NCBI GenBank assembly: GCA_037138135.1
Contig: JBAXIY010000001.1
Span: 1-53,779, forward strand
Direction of reading: 5' to 3'
DNA length: 53,779 bases
DNA from: Verrucomicrobiia bacterium
Lineage (GTDB): Bacteria > Verrucomicrobiota > Verrucomicrobiia > Limisphaerales > UBA11358
Below are positions 1 through 8,242 of this stretch, piece by piece; position 1 is the first letter of the stretch, and every line of letters starts with the position of its first letter. Below the pieces are notes generated by a model. It ran no database searches, was not told where the DNA came from, and saw only the letters and a program-made list of their open reading frames with translations. A program made the translations under genes and the position numbers.

Positions 1-278
1 GAGGGTAACGAGCAGTGTTTTCATGGTTTTTAGCTGGGTTTTGGCGATGATGGGATTCGTAGAGGGGCAAACTGTCGGCGAGCAAAACGGCCTCAAAGAC
101 AAGGTATCTGACTGATTGGTGATCATGCTTAATGGATTTCAGCCTTCCCCCGCCGTTTATGACGCGGAAAAACAAAATATTTTTCAGCGTGTTCTCCGGG
201 CAGTTGGCTGGTGTGCCAACCGTCACTGGAAATGGCTATTTCTCAATGTGTTCTGACCACGCCCGTTCCACCGTCCCG

Positions 279-1088
279 TCAATCCCGCTGGTGGGAAAAT
301 ATCCAATCATAATATTCCTGCGCGGCGACCACGACCCGTCCGGCACCATGACCTTCGTCGGGGTAAATCTTTAGCTTCGCTTCCTTACCGCCGGCCCTTT
401 GAATGGCGGCGATCATGCGTTCCGAGCGTTCCGGCGGAACGGTTGTGTCCAGCGCGCCAACAAAGGCGTAAACGGAAATCGTAGCCAGATTCGTGACCCA
501 CTGGTCAAAATCAGGAGTCACGGCCTTCGGCCCTTCCCGGCCGATGCCACCGACGATCGGCGCAATGGCCGCGAAGTGTTGCGGATCATGCGCGGCCCAA
601 GCCCACGTGCCGTAGCCACCCATGCTGATGCCGGAAAGATAGATTCTCCGCTCATCCACCGGCAGCGTCGCCTTGAGATGCTGGAGAAAGAGATTGAGAT
701 CTTCCGGCGTCCAGATGCCGCGTTCGCCACTCTTGGATTTTTTCAAGCACTGGGGCGCAACGACAATGCAGGGGCCTTTGTTGAACTTCTGGATGCCCTG
801 CCATATCTCAGCGGGCTTGTCTTTGACTTTGGCCTGCTGGATGTCATCCCCCACGCCGCCGGCGCCATGGAGGAAGATCACCAGGGGCAGCTTTGCGTTG
901 GTGTCCCCGGCGGGCAGATAGACCAAATATTCTGGATTCAAGAATTGAATTTTCGCCTGCAACTCGGGAGCAAGCGTGCGCACGACGGGAGTTTCGTTTT
1001 CCGCCACCGCCGAAGCGATGAGTGTGAGTAGAGATGTCAGTAGTGTAATGACTTTCATTGGCATCCTAGTTTGAAAGTATTTCGGCAT
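279..1088 (-). CDS. secreted alpha/beta-hydrolase (carboxylesterase / PHB-depolymerase-type esterase family)
   Basis: 269-aa ORF. Signal-like N-terminus (MPMKVITLLTSLLTLIASAVA). Motifs LVIFLHGAGG, nucleophile elbow GISMGG and C-terminal DEGHG. AGAGGA lies ~6 nt upstream of ATG 1088; ATGs at 1064 and 1058 are alternative starts. Sits 15 nt downstream of the preceding same-strand gene. Confidence 0.8.
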   Translation of the reverse strand: MPKYFQTRMPMKVITLLTSLLTLIASAVAENETPVVRTLAPELQAKIQFLNPEYLVYLPAGDTNAKLPLVIFLHGAGGVGDDIQQAKVKDKPAEIWQGIQKFNKGPCIVVAPQCLKKSKSGERGIWTPEDLNLFLQHLKATLPVDERRIYLSGISMGGYGTWAWAAHDPQHFAAIAPIVGGIGREGPKAVTPDFDQWVTNLATISVYAFVGALDTTVPPERSERMIAAIQRAGGKEAKLKIYPDEGHGAGRVVVAAQEYYDWIFSHQRD

Positions 1089-1103
1089 GGATCATCCTCT
1101 GGT

Positions 1104-4100
1104 TTACTGCGCTTGAATCATGAGCCGGATAAACTGCTGGGCTTTGACGTTCGTCTCAAGGCGGTTGGTGACGGACAAAAATCCGTTGGTCAGCGGACCA
1201 GAGCCGGTCACGGTGTAGCCGGAATTCGTCCAGACTGGAGACGCGAGGTTGGTGGCAAGTTCCAGATAATAGAGCAGCCCGCTGTTGGGGTCGCTGCGCT
1301 TCGGATAGGCATATTCAAACCAGTTGGTGCCGCCCGCAATTTTTAATCCATAGGTAATCGGATACCCAAGATCGCTGGAATTGGTCGGGTTTCCGCCGAG
1401 GGCGAATTCACCCAAATTGCTCAGCGAATCTCCGTCATCATTCCCATTCGGGCCTTGCACGAGTTGATATTGGTTCGCCCAGATGCTGTAGGCCGAGTTA
1501 CTCGGGGCAGCGGCGTTCACGTTGATCAACAGGATGGCATCGTCGCCGCCGCCCACGCCGTTGGTAATCCGCACGAGCCAACTGTTGAGGCCGACAATGG
1601 CGTTAGTGGGGTTGCCAGAAAGGACACCGTTGGTGGCCACATTGAGCCAGGCGGGACCGGAAAGTTTGGTGAAGGTTAGCGGTTTGCTGCCCGGATCACT
1701 GGCGTTATCCGCTAACGTGGCCGCGTAAGCCACGCCGTTCGTCGCCGGGGTTTCACTGATGGGATCACTGCTAAACAAAGGCTGGGTATTGGTCGCGGTT
1801 ACAGATGGAGTTCCGGTCACATTCACATTATCAATGTAGAAACGGTTGTTACTCGCGTCCGCGTTCAAGGTGAAGCGGAGTTGGGAAATACTGCCATAGG
1901 CGCTCAGGTTGATGTTAGTGGTCACCAGATTCGCGTCGCCCGCGTTATTGGCATCCAAACCAGGGTCGGTCTGGGTCCACACCGTCCGCCAAGTGTTGCT
2001 GACGTTTTGGAACACCGACACGGTGCCGGATTCGCCGACACCAATTCGATCCAGATCCCAATCAAAAGAGAGGCTCGCGTTCGTCACCGGCACGGCGAAA
2101 GTGCGCGTGAATTGATTAGTGCCGTTGCCTCCCCCGTCCAGTTCGACAATCAAGGCAGGAATCACCGTGACCGTGCCGGTGTTCGTCCAACCGCCGCTCC
2201 AACCGGTGCCGCCCGTCAATGTCCCCAAATTGAAATCATCGGCTGAGGTTGTTGATCCCCCTGAAGCGCTGACAAACGCAAAATTGGCCGTGACGCGGGA
2301 ATCTTTCGAGGGGAAAAGAAACGGACGCAAGTTGGTCCCGCTCAATTCGCCGCTCCAGCCGGTGAACCGCCAGCCCACGGCTGGTGTGACGGTCAATTCC
2401 AACCGCTGCCGCTCCATGAACGTGCCCATGATATTGGTATAGACCGTTCCGTCCGTCCGCCCGCTCACCGTGCCCTTGCCCACCGTTCCCACGTTCACGT
2501 CCGCAAATTTGATGAGTTCGACACTGTGGAAGATCGTATCCTCCGTCCCAAGGTTGGTCAGCACTAGGTCCGCTCCTTTCGGTCCACGGTTGGCGAACGC
2601 CCAATCCGTCACCACCACCATGTTGGTCTTCCACGTGAGTGAGTTGCTCTTGGTCACCGTGAACGCCGTCTTCTGGCTGTTTGTCACCGCGTCATAAAGC
2701 AAGGCGAACTGCCCCGTTCCTTTGTCACGGTAGATCACCGTGAGCTCCACCCGCTGCCCGGGCGAGGTCACGAGGCTGTCAGTGATGTCGAAATACATCG
2801 CATCCTTCGCATTCGCATGATCGAAGCGGCGCCCAAACCGGTCAAAGGGATGCGAAGTTGACGTGATCACGCCATTGGTGGCGCCATAAATGCGCCACAC
2901 CCCTGGGCTGTTGGTGGGCTCAAGCTGCGTGATGAAGCGTTCGTAGTTTTCCGGAACATCCCCCCAGGCCGAATCATTGAAGCCATTCTGGTTGTTACGC
3001 TGATACAGCGCTCCCCGCGTAACCGCATCGACATCATCCATTCGGGCGCCATCAATGGCATTCGTCGCACAAATGGCCAGGAAGCGGTTGGTGTTGCTGT
3101 TGCTTGCCGTCCCGTATTTTGCCTCCGGGAACCTGACCGTGTCGGACGCATCGAGACCGTCATGGAAAATGCAAAAGCCGCCGCCCGCCGTGGGCGGATC
3201 CAGCTGCGCGGACCATTTGTTGAAAAACAACAATGAAGAAACAAAATTGCTGGCAGACGCACTTTCCAAACAGGAGCTCGAGATATCCCAGACGCTCATG
3301 CCGGGATGCAACTGCTCCACCGCGCACCAATACATGTTCAGGACAAGATTCGATTGATACATGAAAGTTTTTTGCCATGACTGATCCATTTCATTCCGGG
3401 AAAAAATCTTCAGACTCCCCCCCACGGAATATTCCCGATACGAATCCGACACATCCTGCGACCCGTTAAAATTATGGCCGCGAACCGGTCCGGATAACTT
3501 GCCGCCAAAGCCGCCCTTCACAGTGTTGGTCACCCAACCCCACTCGATAGGAAAACCGGTTTTCTCAATGTCCTGAAACAGGAGCGGAATCACCGGCCCG
3601 TTCGTCCCGTCCTGAAACGCATGCCGATAAACTTCGAACGCCCAAAGCCGGAAGGCGCGCCAATCCGTGTTGGAGATTTGATAAATATTGGTGATATAAT
3701 TTGGATTTTCATAAGGCGCTTCATCTCCGGTAGCCCCCGTGTCGCAGCGCACGAATGCGATCCGGGCCTGCAGATTCGGCGGCAATTCCTGGCGCACATG
3801 ATAGGCCAGCGCTTCGACCATTTCCCGGTAATAGGTTTGATAATTGGTGTTCAGATAATACCCGTATGTATATCCGGCGACATTGGGCGACTCCGTGAAG
3901 AGCGGGACGTTGTTGGACATCCACAACGGCACCGTGCTGCCAAACCCACCGCCGATCGGCGAAATCTGAACGTTGAACTTCTGGTTCTGGTCATCAGCGA
4001 ATTGCAAGAGGTTGTCCAGATTCGTCCAGTTGAAGTAGTTCCGGGACGTTTCAATATTTGCCCAATACTCGAAGTAGGCCTGACCGAGCGTGTAGGGGTA

Positions 4101-4235
4101 ATCGGAAACCAGATGCCCACCTCCCCGATCCCAAACGCCATACGCCTCCCGAGCCAACCCAAAAGCGGCATGGGCCTTCGGGGCTACACCAGAAAGCAGG
4201 AACCCCCAAACGATCACCTTCAGACAAATCTTCAT
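1104..4235 (-). CDS. large secreted multidomain carbohydrate-active-like protein (TIM-barrel glycosidase-like N-terminal region, InlB-B-repeat-like and cadherin-like Ig segments)
   Basis: ORF 1104..4322 opens with TTG. The first ATG (4235) yields signal peptide MKICLKVIVWGFLLSGVAPKAHA. The N-terminal ~480 aa weakly resembles GH42/GH35-type hydrolases (YFEYWANIE...NWTNLDNLLQFADDQNQKF). Also GWRFTGWSGELSG (InlB B-repeat-like), PLTFTKLSGPAWLNVATNGVLSG (dystroglycan/cadherin-like Ig) and an Asp-rich DGDSLSNLGEF segment. Confidence 0.75.
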   Translation of the reverse strand: MKICLKVIVWGFLLSGVAPKAHAAFGLAREAYGVWDRGGGHLVSDYPYTLGQAYFEYWANIETSRNYFNWTNLDNLLQFADDQNQKFNVQISPIGGGFGSTVPLWMSNNVPLFTESPNVAGYTYGYYLNTNYQTYYREMVEALAYHVRQELPPNLQARIAFVRCDTGATGDEAPYENPNYITNIYQISNTDWRAFRLWAFEVYRHAFQDGTNGPVIPLLFQDIEKTGFPIEWGWVTNTVKGGFGGKLSGPVRGHNFNGSQDVSDSYREYSVGGSLKIFSRNEMDQSWQKTFMYQSNLVLNMYWCAVEQLHPGMSVWDISSSCLESASASNFVSSLLFFNKWSAQLDPPTAGGGFCIFHDGLDASDTVRFPEAKYGTASNSNTNRFLAICATNAIDGARMDDVDAVTRGALYQRNNQNGFNDSAWGDVPENYERFITQLEPTNSPGVWRIYGATNGVITSTSHPFDRFGRRFDHANAKDAMYFDITDSLVTSPGQRVELTVIYRDKGTGQFALLYDAVTNSQKTAFTVTKSNSLTWKTNMVVVTDWAFANRGPKGADLVLTNLGTEDTIFHSVELIKFADVNVGTVGKGTVSGRTDGTVYTNIMGTFMERQRLELTVTPAVGWRFTGWSGELSGTNLRPFLFPSKDSRVTANFAFVSASGGSTTSADDFNLGTLTGGTGWSGGWTNTGTVTVIPALIVELDGGGNGTNQFTRTFAVPVTNASLSFDWDLDRIGVGESGTVSVFQNVSNTWRTVWTQTDPGLDANNAGDANLVTTNINLSAYGSISQLRFTLNADASNNRFYIDNVNVTGTPSVTATNTQPLFSSDPISETPATNGVAYAATLADNASDPGSKPLTFTKLSGPAWLNVATNGVLSGNPTNAIVGLNSWLVRITNGVGGGDDAILLINVNAAAPSNSAYSIWANQYQLVQGPNGNDDGDSLSNLGEFALGGNPTNSSDLGYPITYGLKIAGGTNWFEYAYPKRSDPNSGLLYYLELATNLASPVWTNSGYTVTGSGPLTNGFLSVTNRLETNVKAQQFIRLMIQAQ

Positions 4236-4592
4236 TTTGCTTATTTGTTTCGTAAAACTACGCTTGGTTGGAACTTCTGTCGCGTCCCGAAACCCGCCAC
4301 TCAAAAACCTGCTGCCCAACAATCAACAGCAGCCTTAACAAAGGCGATGGGTTCAATGGCTTAGGGTTCGGCTGGATGCGGGGCAGTGCGTATTAGTTGG
4401 GTCATTATAATCAGCCATCCCGCGACGGTTATGACGAAAATATAACAAACAAATCTTCCTAGCATTGGTTGGATGCAAGCCGTAAGCACCAATCGTTGCG
4501 CGGCCATGTCTGGCAAACTTCGGATGACCGCGCACGATTAGCCAGAAACCAGCGCCGAGTTTCGGACATCAAGGAGCTCACTGATACTCAGC

Positions 4593-4626
4593 AAAAAAAA
4601 CGCCCCACTGCTTTGCTGCGGGGCGT
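4593..4626 (-). terminator. intrinsic terminator downstream of the EF-hand protein gene
   Basis: On the minus strand ACGCCCC-(13 nt)-GGGGCGT is followed by TTTTTTTT, about 20 nt after the stop at 4648. Confidence 0.7.
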
Positions 4627-4647
4627 TCGGAGCGTCAATGGAGAAAA

Positions 4648-4941
4648 TTACTTGGTGTCATCAGCCTTAGGAGCAGCCGCGTCTTCGCCACCTTTTTTCT
4701 TCTTTTTGGCAGGGAACGCTTTGGCCCAAGCATCTTTGTCGTCCTGGGACATCGCGGCCTTCTCTTCCTTGTCCAGTTTGCCATCCTTGTTGGTGTCGTA
4801 TTTGGCCAGCATGTCGGTCTGAAGCTGCTTTTGTTCAGTGGTCAATTCCTTCTTGGCTTTCTTGCCGCCGGAATCTTGCGCTTGGACCGTGATAGCGGTG
4901 GCACAAAGGAGCACGGCGATTGCGAGTAGTAGTTTTTTCAT
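4648..4941 (-). CDS. small secreted EF-hand calcium-binding protein with lysine-rich tail
   Basis: 97 aa. Signal peptide MKKLLLAIAVLLCATAITVQA. Canonical 12-residue EF-hand loop DTNKDGKLDKEE. Lys/Asp-rich C-terminus (PAKKKKKGGED). Confidence 0.7.
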   Translation of the reverse strand: MKKLLLAIAVLLCATAITVQAQDSGGKKAKKELTTEQKQLQTDMLAKYDTNKDGKLDKEEKAAMSQDDKDAWAKAFPAKKKKKGGEDAAAPKADDTK

Positions 4942-5381
4942 ATTTTAATGTTTGTTGTTCAATATTGTTTTAGCGGGAGTCACAATTTATCAGCCAACTC
5001 CAGACGAATATGACGAAAAAAGTCAGCAATCCAGGCTTTCTCAGAAAAAAACTGTAAAGATGGGCGCACCGGATATTTCCCGCGTGCTTCATTCAAATCT
5101 GCGTAAATCTCAACTTCCTATTCTGGCGTTTGGCTCGAGCTGATTAGAACCGGGGAATCCAAACGTAAAAAATGCGCCAAAACTCGCCAATGGTTTTCGG
5201 TTGGGCGGGCTTGGCCATGTTCCCACTTTCGGATTGTCCAGGTAGAAACCCGCAGTCTCCCGCAGGAGACAAAGTTGATAAGCAAGATGTGATGAGAAAA
5301 GCTGGGACCCCGTTGCCATCAGCGCCATGAGCTAAAAGATTGCGGGCTTGATGTTTAAGACGGATGGTGAAAAGTTAACGG

Positions 5382-6374
5382 ATGCCTAATCCGTCGCCGG
5401 CGTCACCACCGGAGCGAGTCTTCGTCTTCACGGAACGTCTGGCGGCTATCCGCCGGGCGGTTACGCCGTTGCCGGGCAGCGAGCCGCGTGATCAATGCAA
5501 ACCGCTTAACATACCAGGCGATTGCGACGGGTTGACGTTGCTGGCCGCGCTGGAACGGATGGTGGGCAATGTGACGGCGACAGCGTGGACGGCGGAATTT
5601 GCACTCGGCCGCGTCGTGGATCTGGCGCAACAACCGGTGGCGCCAACGCAAATCGTCCGCGCCGGACAGCGTTATCAGCATTTGTTTCCAAACGTGACGG
5701 AACCGGCGGTGAACGGGGACGTGGAAATTTTGCACGAGGACGCCGCGTTGATTGTGCTGAACAAACCCGCGCCGCTACCGATGCACGCGGGCGGCCGGTT
5801 TTACCGCAACACACTCCAGCACATCCTGAACGCGGCGTATCACCCGCAGACGCCGCATCCGGCGCACCGGCTGGATGCGAACACGACGGGGCTGGTGCTG
5901 GTGGCGCGCAAGCGGGAATTTGCCGGTAGTTTGCACGCGCAATTTGCGCAGGGGCGGGTGGCGAAAACGTATCTGGCGCGCGTGCGGGGAACTTTGCCGG
6001 CGGCGGATTTTTTTTGCGATGCGCCCATCAGCGCGGAGGCGGCCGAAAATTGTGCGCGCACGGTGGATCCGGCCAACGGGCTGGCGGCGCGCACGGAATT
6101 CCGTTTGCTCCGACGACTGGCGGATGGCACTCAGCTACTGGAGGCACGACCGTTGACGGGGCGGACGAACCAGATCCGAGTGCATCTGCAACATCTGGGA
6201 TTTCCGGTATGCGGCGATCCGGTTTATCTGGCAGGCGGGAAGCTGGGGCGCAAGCAGACGCTGGCCGTGGGCGATCCGCCATTGTGCCTGCACGCGGCGC
6301 GTTTGAAATTTTTCCATCCGGCCAGCGGCGAACCGGTAGAGTTCACCGCTCCCCTGCCCGCTTGGGCAGCCTAA
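5382..6374 (+). CDS. RluA-family pseudouridine synthase
   Basis: 330 aa. Catalytic motif HRLDANTTGLVLVARK, then KTYLARVRG, GRTNQIRVHLQHLGFPVCGDPVY and LHAARLKFFHPASGE. Confidence 0.9.
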   Translation: MPNPSPASPPERVFVFTERLAAIRRAVTPLPGSEPRDQCKPLNIPGDCDGLTLLAALERMVGNVTATAWTAEFALGRVVDLAQQPVAPTQIVRAGQRYQHLFPNVTEPAVNGDVEILHEDAALIVLNKPAPLPMHAGGRFYRNTLQHILNAAYHPQTPHPAHRLDANTTGLVLVARKREFAGSLHAQFAQGRVAKTYLARVRGTLPAADFFCDAPISAEAAENCARTVDPANGLAARTEFRLLRRLADGTQLLEARPLTGRTNQIRVHLQHLGFPVCGDPVYLAGGKLGRKQTLAVGDPPLCLHAARLKFFHPASGEPVEFTAPLPAWAA

Positions 6375-6412
6375 TTGGCCTCACTCACGACCGGCATGAG
6401 TGCGACGGGATT

Positions 6413-7447
6413 TTATTTTTTCCGGGCGAAGGCGGCGTCGAAGGCCGCTTGGTTCGGGGAAAAATCCAGTTTACGGACAAACGCGCAGCTCTCCGTCGCG
6501 CCGTGGACGCGATCCATGCGGCCGTCTTCCCATTCTACGGAAAGCGGGCCGCGATAGCCGATGTCATTGAGGGCAACGATGATTTCCTCGAAGTTGATGT
6601 CGCCGTGACCGAGCGAACGGAAATCCCAGAAGCGGCGCGCGTCCGTGAAATCCGTGTGGCCGCCGAACACGCCCACCGTGCCGTCGCCGTGGCCCCACCA
6701 GACATCTTTCATGTGGGTGTGGAAAATACGGTCGCGGAATTCGCGGATGAACTTCACATAGTTCACGCCCTGATAACCAAGGTGCGACGGATCGTAATTG
6801 AATCCAAAGCGCGGATGATGCTTCACCGCTTCGAGCGCGCGCTTGGCGGAGGCGATGTCAAACGCAATTTCCGTGGGATGCACTTCGAGCGCGAAGTTGA
6901 CGTTGTGCTTATCGAACTCGTCGAGGATGGGCGTCCAACGTTTGGCGAAATCTTGGAAGCCCTTTTCCAAAAACGCCTGGTTCGTCGGCGGGAAGGCATA
7001 GAGCGCGTGCCAGATGCTGGATCCGGTAAAGCCATTGACGACGGCCGTTTCACCTTTCTTCGCGCCAGGCTTGGCGTCGAAAAATTTCCGCGCAGCCTTG
7101 GCGGTGGCTTTCATCTTTTCCGCCGCGCGCTGGCGGACGCCTTCGGGTTTGCCGTCACCCCAGACATCGGCGGGGAGAATGGCCTGATGCCGTTCATCAA
7201 TCAGATCGCACACCGCCTGCCCGACCAGATGCGACGAGATGGCGAAACATTTCAGACCGTGTTTGGCGAGCAGCGCCCATTTCTTTTTGACGTAATCCGG
7301 TTCCGCGAGCGCGCGATCCACCTCGAAGTGGTCGCCCCAACAGGCGAGTTCCACGCCGTCGTAGCCCATTTTTTTGACGAGCGGCAGGAGTTGTGCGAGT
7401 GAGAGGTCGGCCCATTGGCCGGTAAAGAGAGTGACAGAGCGTGACAT
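6413..7447 (-). CDS. sugar phosphate isomerase/epimerase (xylose-isomerase-like TIM barrel) family protein
   Basis: 344 aa. N-terminus [14 protein letters not shown] and internal [13 protein letters not shown]...NYDPSH are typical of the AP-endonuclease-2/xylose-isomerase-like TIM-barrel family. Confidence 0.85.
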   Translation of the reverse strand: MSRSVTLFTGQWADLSLAQLLPLVKKMGYDGVELACWGDHFEVDRALAEPDYVKKKWALLAKHGLKCFAISSHLVGQAVCDLIDERHQAILPADVWGDGKPEGVRQRAAEKMKATAKAARKFFDAKPGAKKGETAVVNGFTGSSIWHALYAFPPTNQAFLEKGFQDFAKRWTPILDEFDKHNVNFALEVHPTEIAFDIASAKRALEAVKHHPRFGFNYDPSHLGYQGVNYVKFIREFRDRIFHTHMKDVWWGHGDGTVGVFGGHTDFTDARRFWDFRSLGHGDINFEEIIVALNDIGYRGPLSVEWEDGRMDRVHGATESCAFVRKLDFSPNQAAFDAAFARKK

Positions 7448-7500
7448 AAGTAAAATGGTTTTGTCCGTTCATCTTGCCAAGCGCGGCGGCGAGGTCAAGT

Positions 7501-7547
7501 GTTCGCAAATATTTTTCACTGCGCATTCGTGCAAAATATTTTGAAAC
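7501..7547. promoter_or_regulatory. operator-like inverted repeat in a divergent promoter region
   Basis: GTTCGCAAATATTTTTCAC (7501-7519) and GTGCAAAATATTTTGAAAC (7529-7547) are reverse complements at 15/19 positions (hand alignment). They lie between divergent genes starting at 7447(-) and 7691(+). Confidence 0.3.
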
Positions 7548-7690
7548 CGCCGCACGTTACGGCTCGTCCCTATGGAAACAAACATAAAAATGTGATTGGC
7601 GACGCAGGTATTTTGAGTATTGTTGACGGACTAAAAGCCAATCGTCATAACTGAAACACGCGCCTAATCATTTTCAAAAACTGACAGAAC

Positions 7691-8242
7691 ATGAACGACT
7701 CGACTGATACCAAACCCAATTGCTCCGGTGAAAAAAAATGCTGCGGTCACTGCGATTACTCGCTCGCCTTTCTCGTGCTACGCCTGTGGCTGGCGGTGCG
7801 AGCGATTCTCACCGGCATCGAAAAATTCGGCGCTTATAAAACCATCCAGCAACCGCTGATCGACCCGACCACCGGTCAGGCCGATCCGAACACGGTGGTG
7901 GACATCAAGGTGAAATTTTATGCCTTCGCCAATTACAACGGCGTTCCCGCCGCGTTGCAGAGCAAGTTTGCGAATGAAGCATTATTGCCGCATTTCGCGT
8001 TGAACGCGTTCAACTACGCGCTGGGGCCGGCATTTATTTTGTCCGGCGTGATGTTGTTGCTCGGTCTCGGCACGCGCATCTCGCTCTTCGTGCAAGGTTT
8101 GATTTATTGCGCGCTGACGGTGGGATTGATTTTGATAAAGCAAGACGACGGCGTTTCTTGGTTGGGCATTCACGTCGCGCTGGTGGCGTTCGCGCTGGTG
8201 CTGGCAAAATACAACAAGCTCGCGCTTCTCAAAAAATGGTAA
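7691..8242 (+). CDS. integral membrane protein (possibly DoxX-like), Cys-rich N-terminus
   Basis: 183 aa. CSGEKKCCGHC followed by about four hydrophobic helices (LAFLVLRLWLAVRAILTGIEKF...). Its stop overlaps the start of the next gene (ATGGTAA). Confidence 0.65.
   Translation: MNDSTDTKPNCSGEKKCCGHCDYSLAFLVLRLWLAVRAILTGIEKFGAYKTIQQPLIDPTTGQADPNTVVDIKVKFYAFANYNGVPAALQSKFANEALLPHFALNAFNYALGPAFILSGVMLLLGLGTRISLFVQGLIYCALTVGLILIKQDDGVSWLGIHVALVAFALVLAKYNKLALLKKW

Noticed and set aside
1-24. Possible start of a minus-strand gene (ATG at 24, MKTLLVTL...) running off the left edge
   Set aside because: Only 8 codons are visible. A hydrophobic beginning is suggestive of a signal peptide, but this is not enough evidence to call a feature.
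132-1031. Plus-strand ORFs 132..374 and 399..1031
   Set aside because: Both overlap the well-supported esterase gene on the opposite strand. Their products are Arg/Gly/Pro-rich with no motifs, so they are antisense shadow ORFs.
4236-4322. N-terminal extension of the large secreted protein (TTG at 4322)
   Set aside because: It starts with TTG and adds 29 non-signal residues in front of a perfect signal peptide that begins at ATG 4235.
4323-4592. tRNA or other small RNA gene in the 4323-4647 gap
   Set aside because: No T-loop (GGTTCGAATCC-like) or cloverleaf-compatible pairing is visible. Only the terminator at 4593-4626 could be supported.
5110-5328. 72-aa ORF as a possible transposase/HTH remnant
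   Set aside because: I could not match it to any IS family motif by eye. No inverted terminal repeats or target duplications are visible.
6014-7402. 462-aa plus-strand ORF
   Set aside because: It is antisense to the TIM-barrel isomerase gene and overlaps the 3' end of the pseudouridine synthase gene. Its composition is Arg/Gly/Ala-rich with no recognisable domain, a typical GC-rich shadow frame.
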